This document shows positions 50,379 to 60,558 of a stretch of DNA of 64,000 bases, piece after piece. The notes beneath the pieces were generated by a model that saw only the letters and a list, made by a program, of their open reading frames with translations, did not search any database and was not told where the DNA came from. Source of the stretch: Mobula hypostoma (Eukaryota); the NCBI RefSeq assembly GCF_963921235.1, contig NC_086120.1:28830001-28894000 (forward strand). The letters are read 5' to 3'. The translations under genes and the position numbers were made by a program. Each line of letters begins with the position of its first letter. The stretch's first letter is position 1.

Positions 50379-53222
50379 GGCTGGTTGGCACACAAATCGA
50401 GAAAGCTTGTAGACAGTGTGAGAGGGAGGATAGGCAGGTGATAGAGAAGGGATGTGCTCAGCCTGATGGTTTGAGATGTGTCTATTTTAATACAAGGAGT
50501 ATCTTGAACAAAGCGGATGAGCTTGGAGCGTGGATCAGTTTATGACGTTGTGGCCATTACAAAGACTTGGATGGCTCAGGGGCAGGAATGGCTACTTAGA
50601 ATGCCAGGCTTTAGATGTTTCAGAAAGGTCAGGGAGGGAGGCAAAAGAGGTGGGGGCATGGCACTGCTAATCAGTGATAGTGTCACGGCTGCAGAAAAGG
50701 AGGAAGTCATGGAGGATAGTCTACTGAATCTGTGGGGGTGGAAGTTAGGAACAGGAAGGGGTCAATAAATCTACTGGATGTTTTTTATAGACCACCCAAT
50801 AGTAACAGGGACATCGAGAAGCAGATAGGGAGACAGATTCTGGAACGGTGCAATAATAACAGGGTGGTCATGATGGGAGATTTTAATTTCCCCAATATTG
50901 ATTAGCATCTCCCTAGAGCAGGGAGTTTAGATGGGGTGGAGTTTGTGAGGTGTATTCAGGAAAGTTTCCTGACACAATATGTAGATAAGCCTACAAGAGG
51001 AAAGGCTGTACTTGATCTGGTATTGGGAAATGAACTTGGTCAAGTGTCAGGTCTCTCAGTGGGAGAGCATTTTGGAGAAAGTGATCACAATTTTATCTCC
51101 TTTACCATAGCATTGGAGAGGGATAGGAACAGACAAGTTAGGAAAGCATTTAATTGGAACTTGGAAGCATAAATTGGGAACAGATGTTCTCAGGGAAATA
51201 TATGGCAGAAATGTGGCGAATGTTTGGGGGATATTTGTGTGGCGTTCTGCATAGGTACGTTCCAATGAGACAGGGAAGAAAGTGGTAGGGTACAGGAACT
51301 AGGGTGTACAAAGGCTGTTGAAAATCTAGTCATGAAGAAAAGATAAGCTTACAAAAGGTTCAAAAAACTAGGTAATGATAGAAATCTAGAAAATTATAAG
51401 GCTAGCCGGAAGGAGCTTAAGAATGAAATTAGGAGAGCCAGAAGGGGCCATGAGAAGGCCTTGGAAGCAGGATAAAGGAAAACCCCAATGCATTCTACAA
51501 GTATGTGAAGAACAAGAGGATAAGACGTGAAAGAATAGGACCACTCAAGTGTGACAATGGAAAAGTGTGTATGGAACCGGAGAAGATAGCAGAGGTACTT
51601 AATGAATACTTTGCTTCGGTATTCACTAGGGGAAAGGATCATGGCGATTGTAGGGATGACTTACAGCGGACTGAAAAGCTTGAGCATATAGACATTAAGA
51701 CAGACGATACGCTAGAGCTTTTGGAAAGCATCAAGTTTGATAAGTCACAGGGACCGGACGAGATGTACCCCAGGCTACTGTGGGAGGCGAGGGAGGAGAT
51801 TGCTGAGCCTCTGGTAATGATTTTTGCATCATCAATGGAGACAGGAGAAGTTCTGGAGGATTAGAGGGTTGTAGATGTTGTTTCCTTATTCAAGAAAGGG
51901 AGTAGAGATAGCCCAGGAAATTATAGACCAGTGAGTCTTGCTTTAGTGGTTGTAAGTTGATCGAGAAGATGCTGAGAGACAGGATTTATGAACATTTGGA
52001 GAGGCATAATATGATTAGGAATAGTCAGCATGGCTTTGTCAAAGGCAGGTCGTGCCTGATGGAGCCTGATTGAATTTCTTGAGGTTGTGACTAAACACAT
52101 TGATGAAGGTAGAGTAGTAGATGTAGTATATATGGATTTCAGCAAGGCATTTGATAAGTTACCCCATGCCATGCCTATTGAGAAAGTAAGGAGGCAAGAG
52201 ATCCAAGGGGACATTGTTTTGTGGATCCAGAAATGGCTTGCCCACAGAAGACAGAGAGTGGTTGTAGATGGGTCATATTCTGCATGGAGGTTGGTGACCA
52301 GTGGTGTGCCTCAGGGATCTGTTCTGGGACCTCTTCTCTTCATAATTTTTATAAAGTACCTGGATGAGGAAGTGGAAGGATGGGTTAGTAAATTTGCTGA
52401 TAACACAAAGGTTGGGGGTGTTGTGGATAGTTTGGGGGGCTCTCAGAGGTTACAACAGAACAGCGATAAGATGCCATCTGGGCTGAGAAGTAGCAGATGG
52501 AGTTCAACCCAGTTAAGTCGAGGTGGTTCATTTTGGTAGGTCAAATATGATGGCAGAATATAGTATTAATGGTAAGACTCTTGGCAGTGTGGAGGATCAG
52601 AGGATCTTGGGGTCTGAGTCTATAGGACGCTCACAACCATGGGATTGAGTTCAAGAGCCAAGAGGTGATGTTACAGCTTTATAGGACCCTGGTCAGACCC
52701 CACTTGGAGTACTAAGTTCTGGTCACCGCACTACAGGAAGGTTGTGGAAACTAGAAAGGGTGCAGAGGAGATTTACAAGGATGTTGCCTGGATTGGGGAG
52801 CATGCCTTATGAGAACAGGTTGAGTGAACTTGGCCTTTTCTCCATGGAGCGATGGAGGAAGAGAGGTGCCCTGATAGAGGTGTATAAGATGATAAGAGGC
52901 ATTGATCGTATGGATAGTCAGAGGCGTTTTTCCAGGGTTGAAATGGCTAACACGAGAGGGCACAGTTTTAAGGTGCTTGGAAATAGATACAGAGATATCA
53001 GGGGTAAGTTTTTATGCAGAGAGTGGTGAGTGCATGGAATGGGCTGCCAGTGATGGTGGTGGAGCCGGATACAATAGGATCTTTTAAGAGACTCCTGGAT
53101 AGGTACATGGAGCTTAGAAAACTAGAGGGCTAAGGGTAACCCTAGGTAATTTCTAAAGTAAGTACATGTCTGGCACAGTTTTGTGGGCTGAAGGGCCTGT
53201 ATAGTGCTTTAGGTTCTCTATG
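50379..53222 (+). mobile_element. CR1 LINE, near full ORF2, degenerate
   Basis: ORFs with [59 protein letters not shown]. Confidence 0.9.
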
Positions 53223-53356
53223 GAAATGATCAGGCAACGTTTCATGACAAAGGGTTCCGGCCTGAAACGTTGACTGAGGATGCTGCCTGACCTGCTGAGT
53301 TTCTCCAGCGTGTTGTGAGTGTTGCTTTGACCCCAGCATCTGCAGATTATTTTGTG
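53223..53356 (+). mobile_element. Older Penelope-like terminal fragment inserted in a CR1 tail
   Basis: ATGACAAAGGGTTCCGGCCTGAAACGTTGAC...CCAGCATCTGCAG; TSD TTTAGGTTYTCTATG at 53208-53222 and 53357-53371. Confidence 0.7.
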
Positions 53357-53584
53357 TTTAGGTTTTCTATGTTTTGTGAAAAGTAAGAATTTCAGGTTGT
53401 ATACTGTATACATCCTCTGATATTCAATTGAACTATTGAACTTGAATAATCATTCTCTTGAAGCTGTTGTGCAGAGTCAGCATTTTCTGGTTTTATTATA
53501 CAGTACATTTTTGTATCTGCAGCATTTTCTTCCTACATCACCATTTAGTTTTAATTATTTCAAATCAAACAGTTTAGTTTTCAA

Positions 53585-53819
53585 GCAACATACATCAAAG
53601 TTGCTGGTGAACGCAGCAGGCCAGGCAGCATCTATAGGAAGAGGCGCAGTCGACGTTTCAGGCCGAGACCCTTCGTCAGGACTAACTGAAGGAAGAGGGT
53701 CTCGGCCTGAAACGTCGACTGCGCCTCTTCCTATAGATGCTGCCTGGCCTGCTGCGTTCACCAGCAACTTTGATGTATGTTGCTTGAATTTCCAGCATCT
53801 GCAGAATTCCTGTTGTTTG
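53585..53819. mobile_element. Penelope-like fold-back element with hammerhead motif (copy C)
   Basis: Perfect 93-bp arms at 53580-53672 and 53696-53788; 14-bp TSD AGTTTAGTTTTCAA at 53571-53584 and 53820-53833 (the left TSD overlaps the arm by a few nt). Confidence 0.82.
53648..53683 (-). ncRNA. Minimal type-I hammerhead ribozyme motif (PLE type)
   Basis: Minus strand reads AGUC|CUGACGA|A|GGGU-CUCG-GCCU|GAAAC|GUC|GACU: stem I AGUC/GACU, conserved core, stem II, palindromic ACGU in place of helix III, GUC cleavage triplet. Confidence 0.7.
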
Positions 53820-54194
53820 AGTTTAGTTTTCAAAGTTATTTTAAATCAATGTATTTTAAACTATCCCACTTTGTTCTTTTAAACTTACTCTCGAATCTGG
53901 AGTCAGATACAGGTCAGACCAGACAAGCATGGAATACTTCCTTTCCTGAAGGACATTAACAATTTAGACATGTTTCTATGACTACCTAATAATTGCTGTT
54001 TCCCATTACTAAAACTAGCTTTTTCTTAACCTCAACTACTTACCTTTACTTACTTTTAAATTCCCCAGTAACCAGGAGATGATTTGAACCAAGGATCCAG
54101 AATTCGAGATATGATTCCAATAATTTAACTTCCATACCAATTTATCCCCATATTACTCACCCCAAAGTAGAGTTACCTGTGAAATCTTCAAATC

Positions 54195-54510
54195 CTAGTC
54201 CAAAATTTGACACAAGATCCGGCTGACAATTCGCTACAAACCTGAGGGAATGTTAAACTATCCTTAAGATGAGACAATAGATAGAGGTTATCTCAGTTGG
54301 GCTCAAAATGATCCATACTATTTAAATCAAAGGATTTCTCCCCAATGTCCCAGCCAGTAATATTGGTTTAATCCACATTTAGAAGAGTTGTCTAGTTATG
54401 GGCACTCAAAGGTTGCCAATGACATCCTACATCCATGACTTCATTTCACATATAATTTATTGACAGCACCTTGGTAATTTGAGATCATGAAATGTGTCAT
54501 TAGATAAATA
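54195..54510 (+). mobile_element. Ancient Deu-type SINE remnant (related remnants at about 2190-2400 and 47690-47825)
   Basis: GGCTGACA...CTGAGGGAATG...GATGAGAC...GATCCATACTATTT resembles the shark DeuSINE pattern, recalled rather than searched. Confidence 0.4.
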
Positions 54511-54849
54511 CAGTTTTATTCCTTCATGCTGATCCATTATTAGGTTTTGTTGATACCACTCATGAGATAATATGAAACATACCTGAGGGATTTATGAAAT
54601 AGTAAAAAGTGTCCATTAAACCACCAGGTAAAAACTTTTTTTTAATTCATAAATTGACATTTTTAGAGCTTTTTAAAAAAAATTGTGCTCCTCCTAATGC
54701 AGGTATCTGGAGACCTGCGTGACATTTTGTTCAGATATAGGAGATAGAATTAGCAACAGACCTCACGTATAAATATTCCTCTGAATTAAAGTATACTGAA
54801 GCTGGCATAATTTGTTCAAATCTGTTTCATCAATAATAACTGAGGTAAC

Positions 54850-55670
54850 CTGTAGATTTCCTCTTCATTGCTGATTCACATTAAGCCCACACAACAATTT
54901 CTAAAAGATTATGGCACTGATATGTTTAGGGATGCAGTTCTACTGCCTCCCTTGCCTGAAATGTCATTCTTTATAAAACAGCCTAAATAATATGTTAATT
55001 ATTTGGTTTTCAAAAAAAAGATTGTTGACATCACATCTGTTCACATGACGTACTTGAATGCATAATAATAGATGGGAGCACAACTGAAGTAGGCAGATCA
55101 AATCATTACTGAAGTGACTGCTGGGGCTATTTAAGTTCTTGTACAAGAAAGGCAAAACAATTCAGAAAACAATAGTATTTTTATCTTTATTATAAAAGAA
55201 TTTGAATTCAAGAGAAGAGACATCTTGCTCCAATTATATAGGACCTTGGTAATACTGTACCTATAATATTATTTACTAGTCTTGTCTATCCAACTAAAGA
55301 AGAATATATTTGAAATAGAAGAGTGCAATTAGTTTGCCATATGTGTGGGCCTATGTTCTGGTCAATTTAGAGAAGTCAAATTAATTGAAAAATGCCAAAT
55401 ACTTAAGGGTTTGACAGGGTTGATGTGGATTCAATTATTTCTTGTTCTAGAATAGAAGAAGACATTAGAAGAAATGTCTTCACCCAAAAAGTAGTGATCT
55501 TTGGAATTCTTTACCAAGAAGCTTGTGGAGAACCAGTCATGACCAGTATATTCAAGACAACAATCAATAGATTTTTAGATATTAAGAGATTCATTGACAA
55601 AGTGTTTGTGCAGGAAAGAAGCACTAAGATGAAAGATTAATCATGATCTTACTGAATGGCAAGAGGGTGT
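54850..55670 (+). mobile_element. Old CR1 3' remnant
   Basis: RRNVFTQKVV, FKTTINRFL. Confidence 0.55.
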
Positions 55671-55714
55671 GAAGGTGAACAGCCTTTTCAAGCTTGATAA
55701 TCGGGATAATCAAG

Positions 55715-56063
55715 GACATGACCCACTCAGCCAACACAATTTTCGTCCCTCTTCCCTCCGGGAGAAGGCTCAGGAGCTTGAAGACTCGTATGGCCAGATT
55801 TGTGAACAGCTTCTTTCCAACTGTGATAAGACTGCTGAACGGATCCTGACCCAGATCTGGGCCGTACCCTCCAAATATCCGGACCTGCCTCTCGGTTTTT
55901 TTTGCACTACCTCACTTTCCCTTTTCTATTTATGATTTATAATTTAAATTTTTAATATTTACTATCGATTTGTAATCCAGGGAGCGTGAAGCGCAGAATC
56001 AAATATTGCTGTGATGATTGTACGCTCTAGTATCAATTGTTCGGCGACAATAAAGTAAAGTAA
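55715..56063 (+). mobile_element. Rex1-type LINE 3' end with (AAAGT)n tail
   Basis: CTTCCCTCCGGGAGAAGG (LPSGRR), AACAGCTTCTTTCCA; AATAAAGTAAAGTA. Confidence 0.7.
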
Positions 56064-57199
56064 TATGTTCTTCGGCTTGGAAGTGCTATAAAAAGAAAAT
56101 GTATCTGGCATAAGATTAAACTTTAAATTCTCATTTAATCACAAACTTTGTACAGAAATTTTTTCTGAATGGATAGTAGAATACCCAAAATTTAAAAAAC
56201 TTTAAAACAAGTCTAAATTATAAATCATTTTTATAAAGATTTCCAGAGATAATGTAAAATTTTAACAATACGTTGCTGTAGCATCTCTTCATCAAGATGT
56301 TTTTTCCTTTTACTTCCAAAAATGTTTCATTTAAAACTATTCTTGAGAAATATTTTGTTTTTGTTATATTTGATACTGAAATTGATTTAAAAACTGCCAC
56401 TATCGTTGCAGAATTTAACACAATTTTTTGTTTTAATCCACTTTTCATACAAAAATTGCTTACATGTTGAAAAGATGCTAATTTGAAAACAACTACTAAA
56501 GCTTTGATTAAAATATTTACAAAGTAGAACTGTACAATTTTTATGGTTTTCAGAAAAACACAGTGGAAAAGTTGAAAACATGAGGCCAACTCATTTTCAG
56601 TTTTCATTATGGTACCCTCTTGATCATGCACAATAGATTCTTCCTTTTGTACCACTTTCTTCCCTTGTATATTACATGAGTCTAACATCTTTAACTTTCT
56701 ATTTTCCAAACCAGTTTTCCCTTCCTTCATCTGCTTCTGAACTCAGACTTGTTAGGATGCAATTCCATAAGCACAACTCCATTGTGCTGTTTCATCAGAG
56801 TAAGCAGTTCTCTGATGTATTTTGGTTCCATTGATCATTGAAGATATAATGGTCATTCCTAGCACTGTCCTCATCTCTGGGCATAGAATCCACAACTCAG
56901 TTCTTTTTATTTTCCCAGCCATGGAGGTGTAGACCCCAGGTGTAGCTCTGCTCTGGCTTTGGATTCTCTGATATTCAGTTAAGATTTAATAGTGGAATGC
57001 TAAACCAAAGGGAAAGGTTTTACAAGTACATAGCTATGAATGGCCCTTTTGCTTTCTCTTAAAACTGTAGCTCCCTGCAGTAAATAGACAGTGAAAAATA
57101 TTGTTTAGAATAATGTAATCCATTCATATTCTCTAGTAATATTTGTCTAATTTAAAATAATGACAGGTAACAGACATGAATCAGTAATAATAAATTTGA

Positions 57200-57243
57200 A
57201 ACACAAACAGGAGAAAATCTGCAGATACTGGGTGTGTATTACT
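57200..57243 (-). mobile_element. 44-bp Penelope-like terminal fragment
   Basis: GAAAATCTGCAGATACTGG matches the family end; perfect 13-bp TSD ATAATAAATTTGA at 57187-57199 and 57244-57256. Confidence 0.6.
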
Positions 57244-57876
57244 ATAATAAATTTGATTCTCATTCTGAAGATTATTATATTATTCACTGGATACTGAAGA
57301 CCAAGATAGAGAGCTCAAAAACTCGGTAATCATGGCTAATAGAATGTTGTGATTGTAGCTGATACTACAAGTTCTAGTTCCTGCTTTCAATTATGCTACT
57401 GGGACCAGTGTCAGACTTCCTCACAGGAAGAGAAAAGAAACAAAACACATACGTTAGGTCAAAAGTCTCAAGTTGTTAATTCCTTTCTATCTGCACAACT
57501 GAGTGCTTGGGCTGCTTCCTAGTCTACTTCCTAGGGCTTAATATGGAGCAAGAAATTTAAAAAAAAATTGTATGCCAGGTCTGACAACATCCCACAACAT
57601 GGAATACCAAAAAATGGAGGTCAGCAGAAAACATGCAATAGCATAGCATGTTTACTGAGAATGACAGTAGACTGAGGGTAGTGGTACAACCACCACCCTA
57701 ATTTTAATAAAATACACCAGCAAGCACAGATCAACATGTCATATTTAACCAAGACAATGATAGTATCCCAGAGATGTACAGGATTTCAATGGAAAATGCC
57801 ATTTTCAATCTTTAAAAAGGTTGATGGCATTTGACAAATATTGCGTTTCATGGGTTTTACAGGATATATAGCTCAA

Positions 57877-57879
<3 letters not shown>

Positions 57880-57909
<30 letters not shown>
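57880..57909. repeat. (TA)n microsatellite
   Basis: About 15 TA units. Confidence 0.95.
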
Positions 57910-57910
<1 letters not shown>

Positions 57911-58992
57911 CTCAAAGTTCTCATATTTAAGTACAATATGCAAGAATATCAAACCAAAGTTCATTTGTATATAATATAAATGTACAATAAGGAATTTATG
58001 TGGAGTTGTGAGGTAGAGATGATCTAATAAAACAGCACTTTCAGCTACAATATGCACATTGAGTGTAAATTTGGTTGCAACCAGTAAATCCTCTTTCAAG
58101 GAAAAACAAATGAAAAGTCATAATTTAAAATAAAAAACATTTTTGTAATGTATCTTCAAGACAGCTTTTCTGGACCAGCAACTTCTATTTATGTTGAGCC
58201 TTGAAAACCCAATCTACTCAACTAGAGAATTAGCAAACAAATTTCCACACTGAGCATAAATATCGGGATAAATGAACTAAACTTACAGCAAAAGCTTGGT
58301 TTCAACATTCACATTAAAAGAGAGAGAGGTAGAGGAGAGGATGTAATGAGAGTATCCCGGAGTATAGAATCATGGATGATGAATTATGGAAAGTAAACCA
58401 TGGTGGAAGCATGGAAGTTGGAAATGCAAATCACCAGAATTGAAGGTGCAGAGATCTCAGACCACTGTGGAGCTGAAAATTATGTTTACAGAAAAATGTT
58501 GAGAACTCTGGGTTCAAAAACAGAATTAGATGCCAATTATGCAAATAAATATAGGGAGTTAGGCTGAAGTTAAAAAAGCATGACCTCTAGGGTTCTAATC
58601 TCTGGATTACTCACTTTGCCACACATTCGTGAGGGCAGGAATAGGACAGAGCAAATGAATGCATGGTTGAACAGCTGGTATAGGTAGGAGTAATTCAATT
58701 TTTTTTTGCTATTGGGATCTCTTCTGGGGCAGGAGAGGGACAGGTTGCATGTGAAGTAGATGGGGATCAATACCCTGGCAAGATATGCTAGAACTACTTG
58801 AGTAAGTTTGAACTGGTCTGGCAGGGAAGTGGGACCCAAAGTAGTACTGTAGCAGATGTGAAAGATGAAGCAAATAAAAAGGTTAGAGCGATCAAGGCCA
58901 GATAACGGCAGCACAGGCAGCAAGGAAGGTCTGACAGGTGTATTAAAAGCAAAAGGGTAATTAGGAATAGAGTAATGATCAGTGTGCTTATA

Positions 58993-59115
58993 CAGACCAC
59001 CCAGAGGAAACCCATATGTTCATAGGGAGGACGTACAAACTCCTCACATATGGGATCGGAATTGAACTCCGAACTCTGATGCCCCGAACTGCAATAGCAT
59101 CACACTAATTGCTGT
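58993..59115 (-). mobile_element. V-SINE 5' fragment
   Basis: GGAAACCCA...GGGAGGACGTACAAACTCC...GGAATTGAACTC is the reverse complement of a V-SINE head. Confidence 0.55.
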
Positions 59116-60399
59116 GGAGCTGTGGGAAATGGGTGAGGTTTTAAATGAAGACTTCTCATCTTCATTTATTGTGGAGGGCATGGAAGCTAGTGAGTTTAGT
59201 GATGCCTTGAAGAATATTGACAATATGAAGTTGGAGATGTTGGCAGTTTTGAATCACATAAAAAGAGGACAACTCCCCAGGGCCTGACTGGATGCAAATT
59301 AAATATGTAGCAAGCAAGAGAGTGCTGGGGTCCCAGCAGAGATTTTTGTAATTTCATTCTCCACTGGTGAGGTACCAGAAAATTGGAGAATGACTAATGT
59401 GCCGTTATTTAAGAAGGGCTATAAGGATAAGTCAGTAAGTTTCAGACCAGTAAGCCTTACAACAGTGGTGGATAAGACAGTGGAAGGGATTCCAAAGAAC
59501 AAGATTTACATTAATTTAGAAAGGAAATGACTAATTAGGGATTGTCAATATGGCTTTGTTTATGGGAGCTCATGCCTCACAAATTTGATTTAAATGTTCT
59601 GAGAAGGTAGCTTAAAGGATTGATGAGGGTAGAGTGGTAAACGTTGTCTACATGAACTTCAGCAAGGTATTTGACAAAGTCCTGCATGTTACCCTAGTCC
59701 AGAAAGATAGAGTATAGGGATCCAGGGCAAACTGGATACAAAATAGGCTCAGTAGGAAGAGGCAGAAGGTGATAGTGCAGAATGCTTTTCAGATTAGAAA
59801 CCTATGACCTGTGTTGTGCTGCCAGGATTGGTGCTGGATCCTTTATTGTTTGTCATGTATATTAATAATTTGGAAGAGAATATAGGAGACATGATTAGTA
59901 AGTTTACAGGTTGTCGAAGGTTACAATAGGATCTAGATCAACTGGGAAAGTAACAAGGGCGATAGAATTTATGCCGACAAGTGCAAAGAATTGCACTTTG
60001 GGAAAGTAAACCAGTTCAGACCATACACACAGTGAATACCAGGGCCATGGGGAGTGTTACTGAACAGCAAGACCTAGGTGTACAAGTTATATAGTTCCCT
60101 GAAAATGTTAACATAGGTATACTGAGTTGTGAAGGTGTATGATGTGCTTGTCTACATTGGCTGAGTATTGAAGTTCATACATATTCATAGAGTTGTACAA
60201 ATGATTGGTTAGGCTGCCTTTGGAGTATTGTGTGCATTTCTGGATGTAATTTTGCTAAAGAGGGTGAATAGAAGATTCACAGGAACATTCCTTGAACTGG
60301 ACAGCTTAAGTTATAACAGGCTGGGCCTGTTTTCTCTGGAGGGAAGCATGGTGAGAGACGACTTTACAGAGGTTCATAAAACGATGAGGGGCATGGATA

Positions 60400-60558
60400 G
60401 TCGAATCACAAAACATGGGAAAACCCAAGCAACACACACAAAATGCTGGAGTAACTCAGGTCCTGATGAAGGGTCTTAGCCTGAAACATTGACTGTTTAC
60501 TTTTTCCCATAGATGCTGCCTGGCCTACTTAGTTCCTCCTGCATTTTGTGTGTGTTGC
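60400..60558. mobile_element. Older Penelope-like fold-back element inserted in a CR1
   Basis: GCAACACACACAAAATGC / GCATTTTGTGTGTGTTGC inverted ends; GTCCTGATGAAGGGTCTTAGCCTGAAACATTGAC; TSD AGGGGCATRGATA at 60387-60399 and 60559-60571. Confidence 0.7.

Noticed and set aside
56218-56730. 170-aa ORF on the minus strand
   Set aside because: AT-rich, UTR-like composition with no recognisable domain; probably chance.
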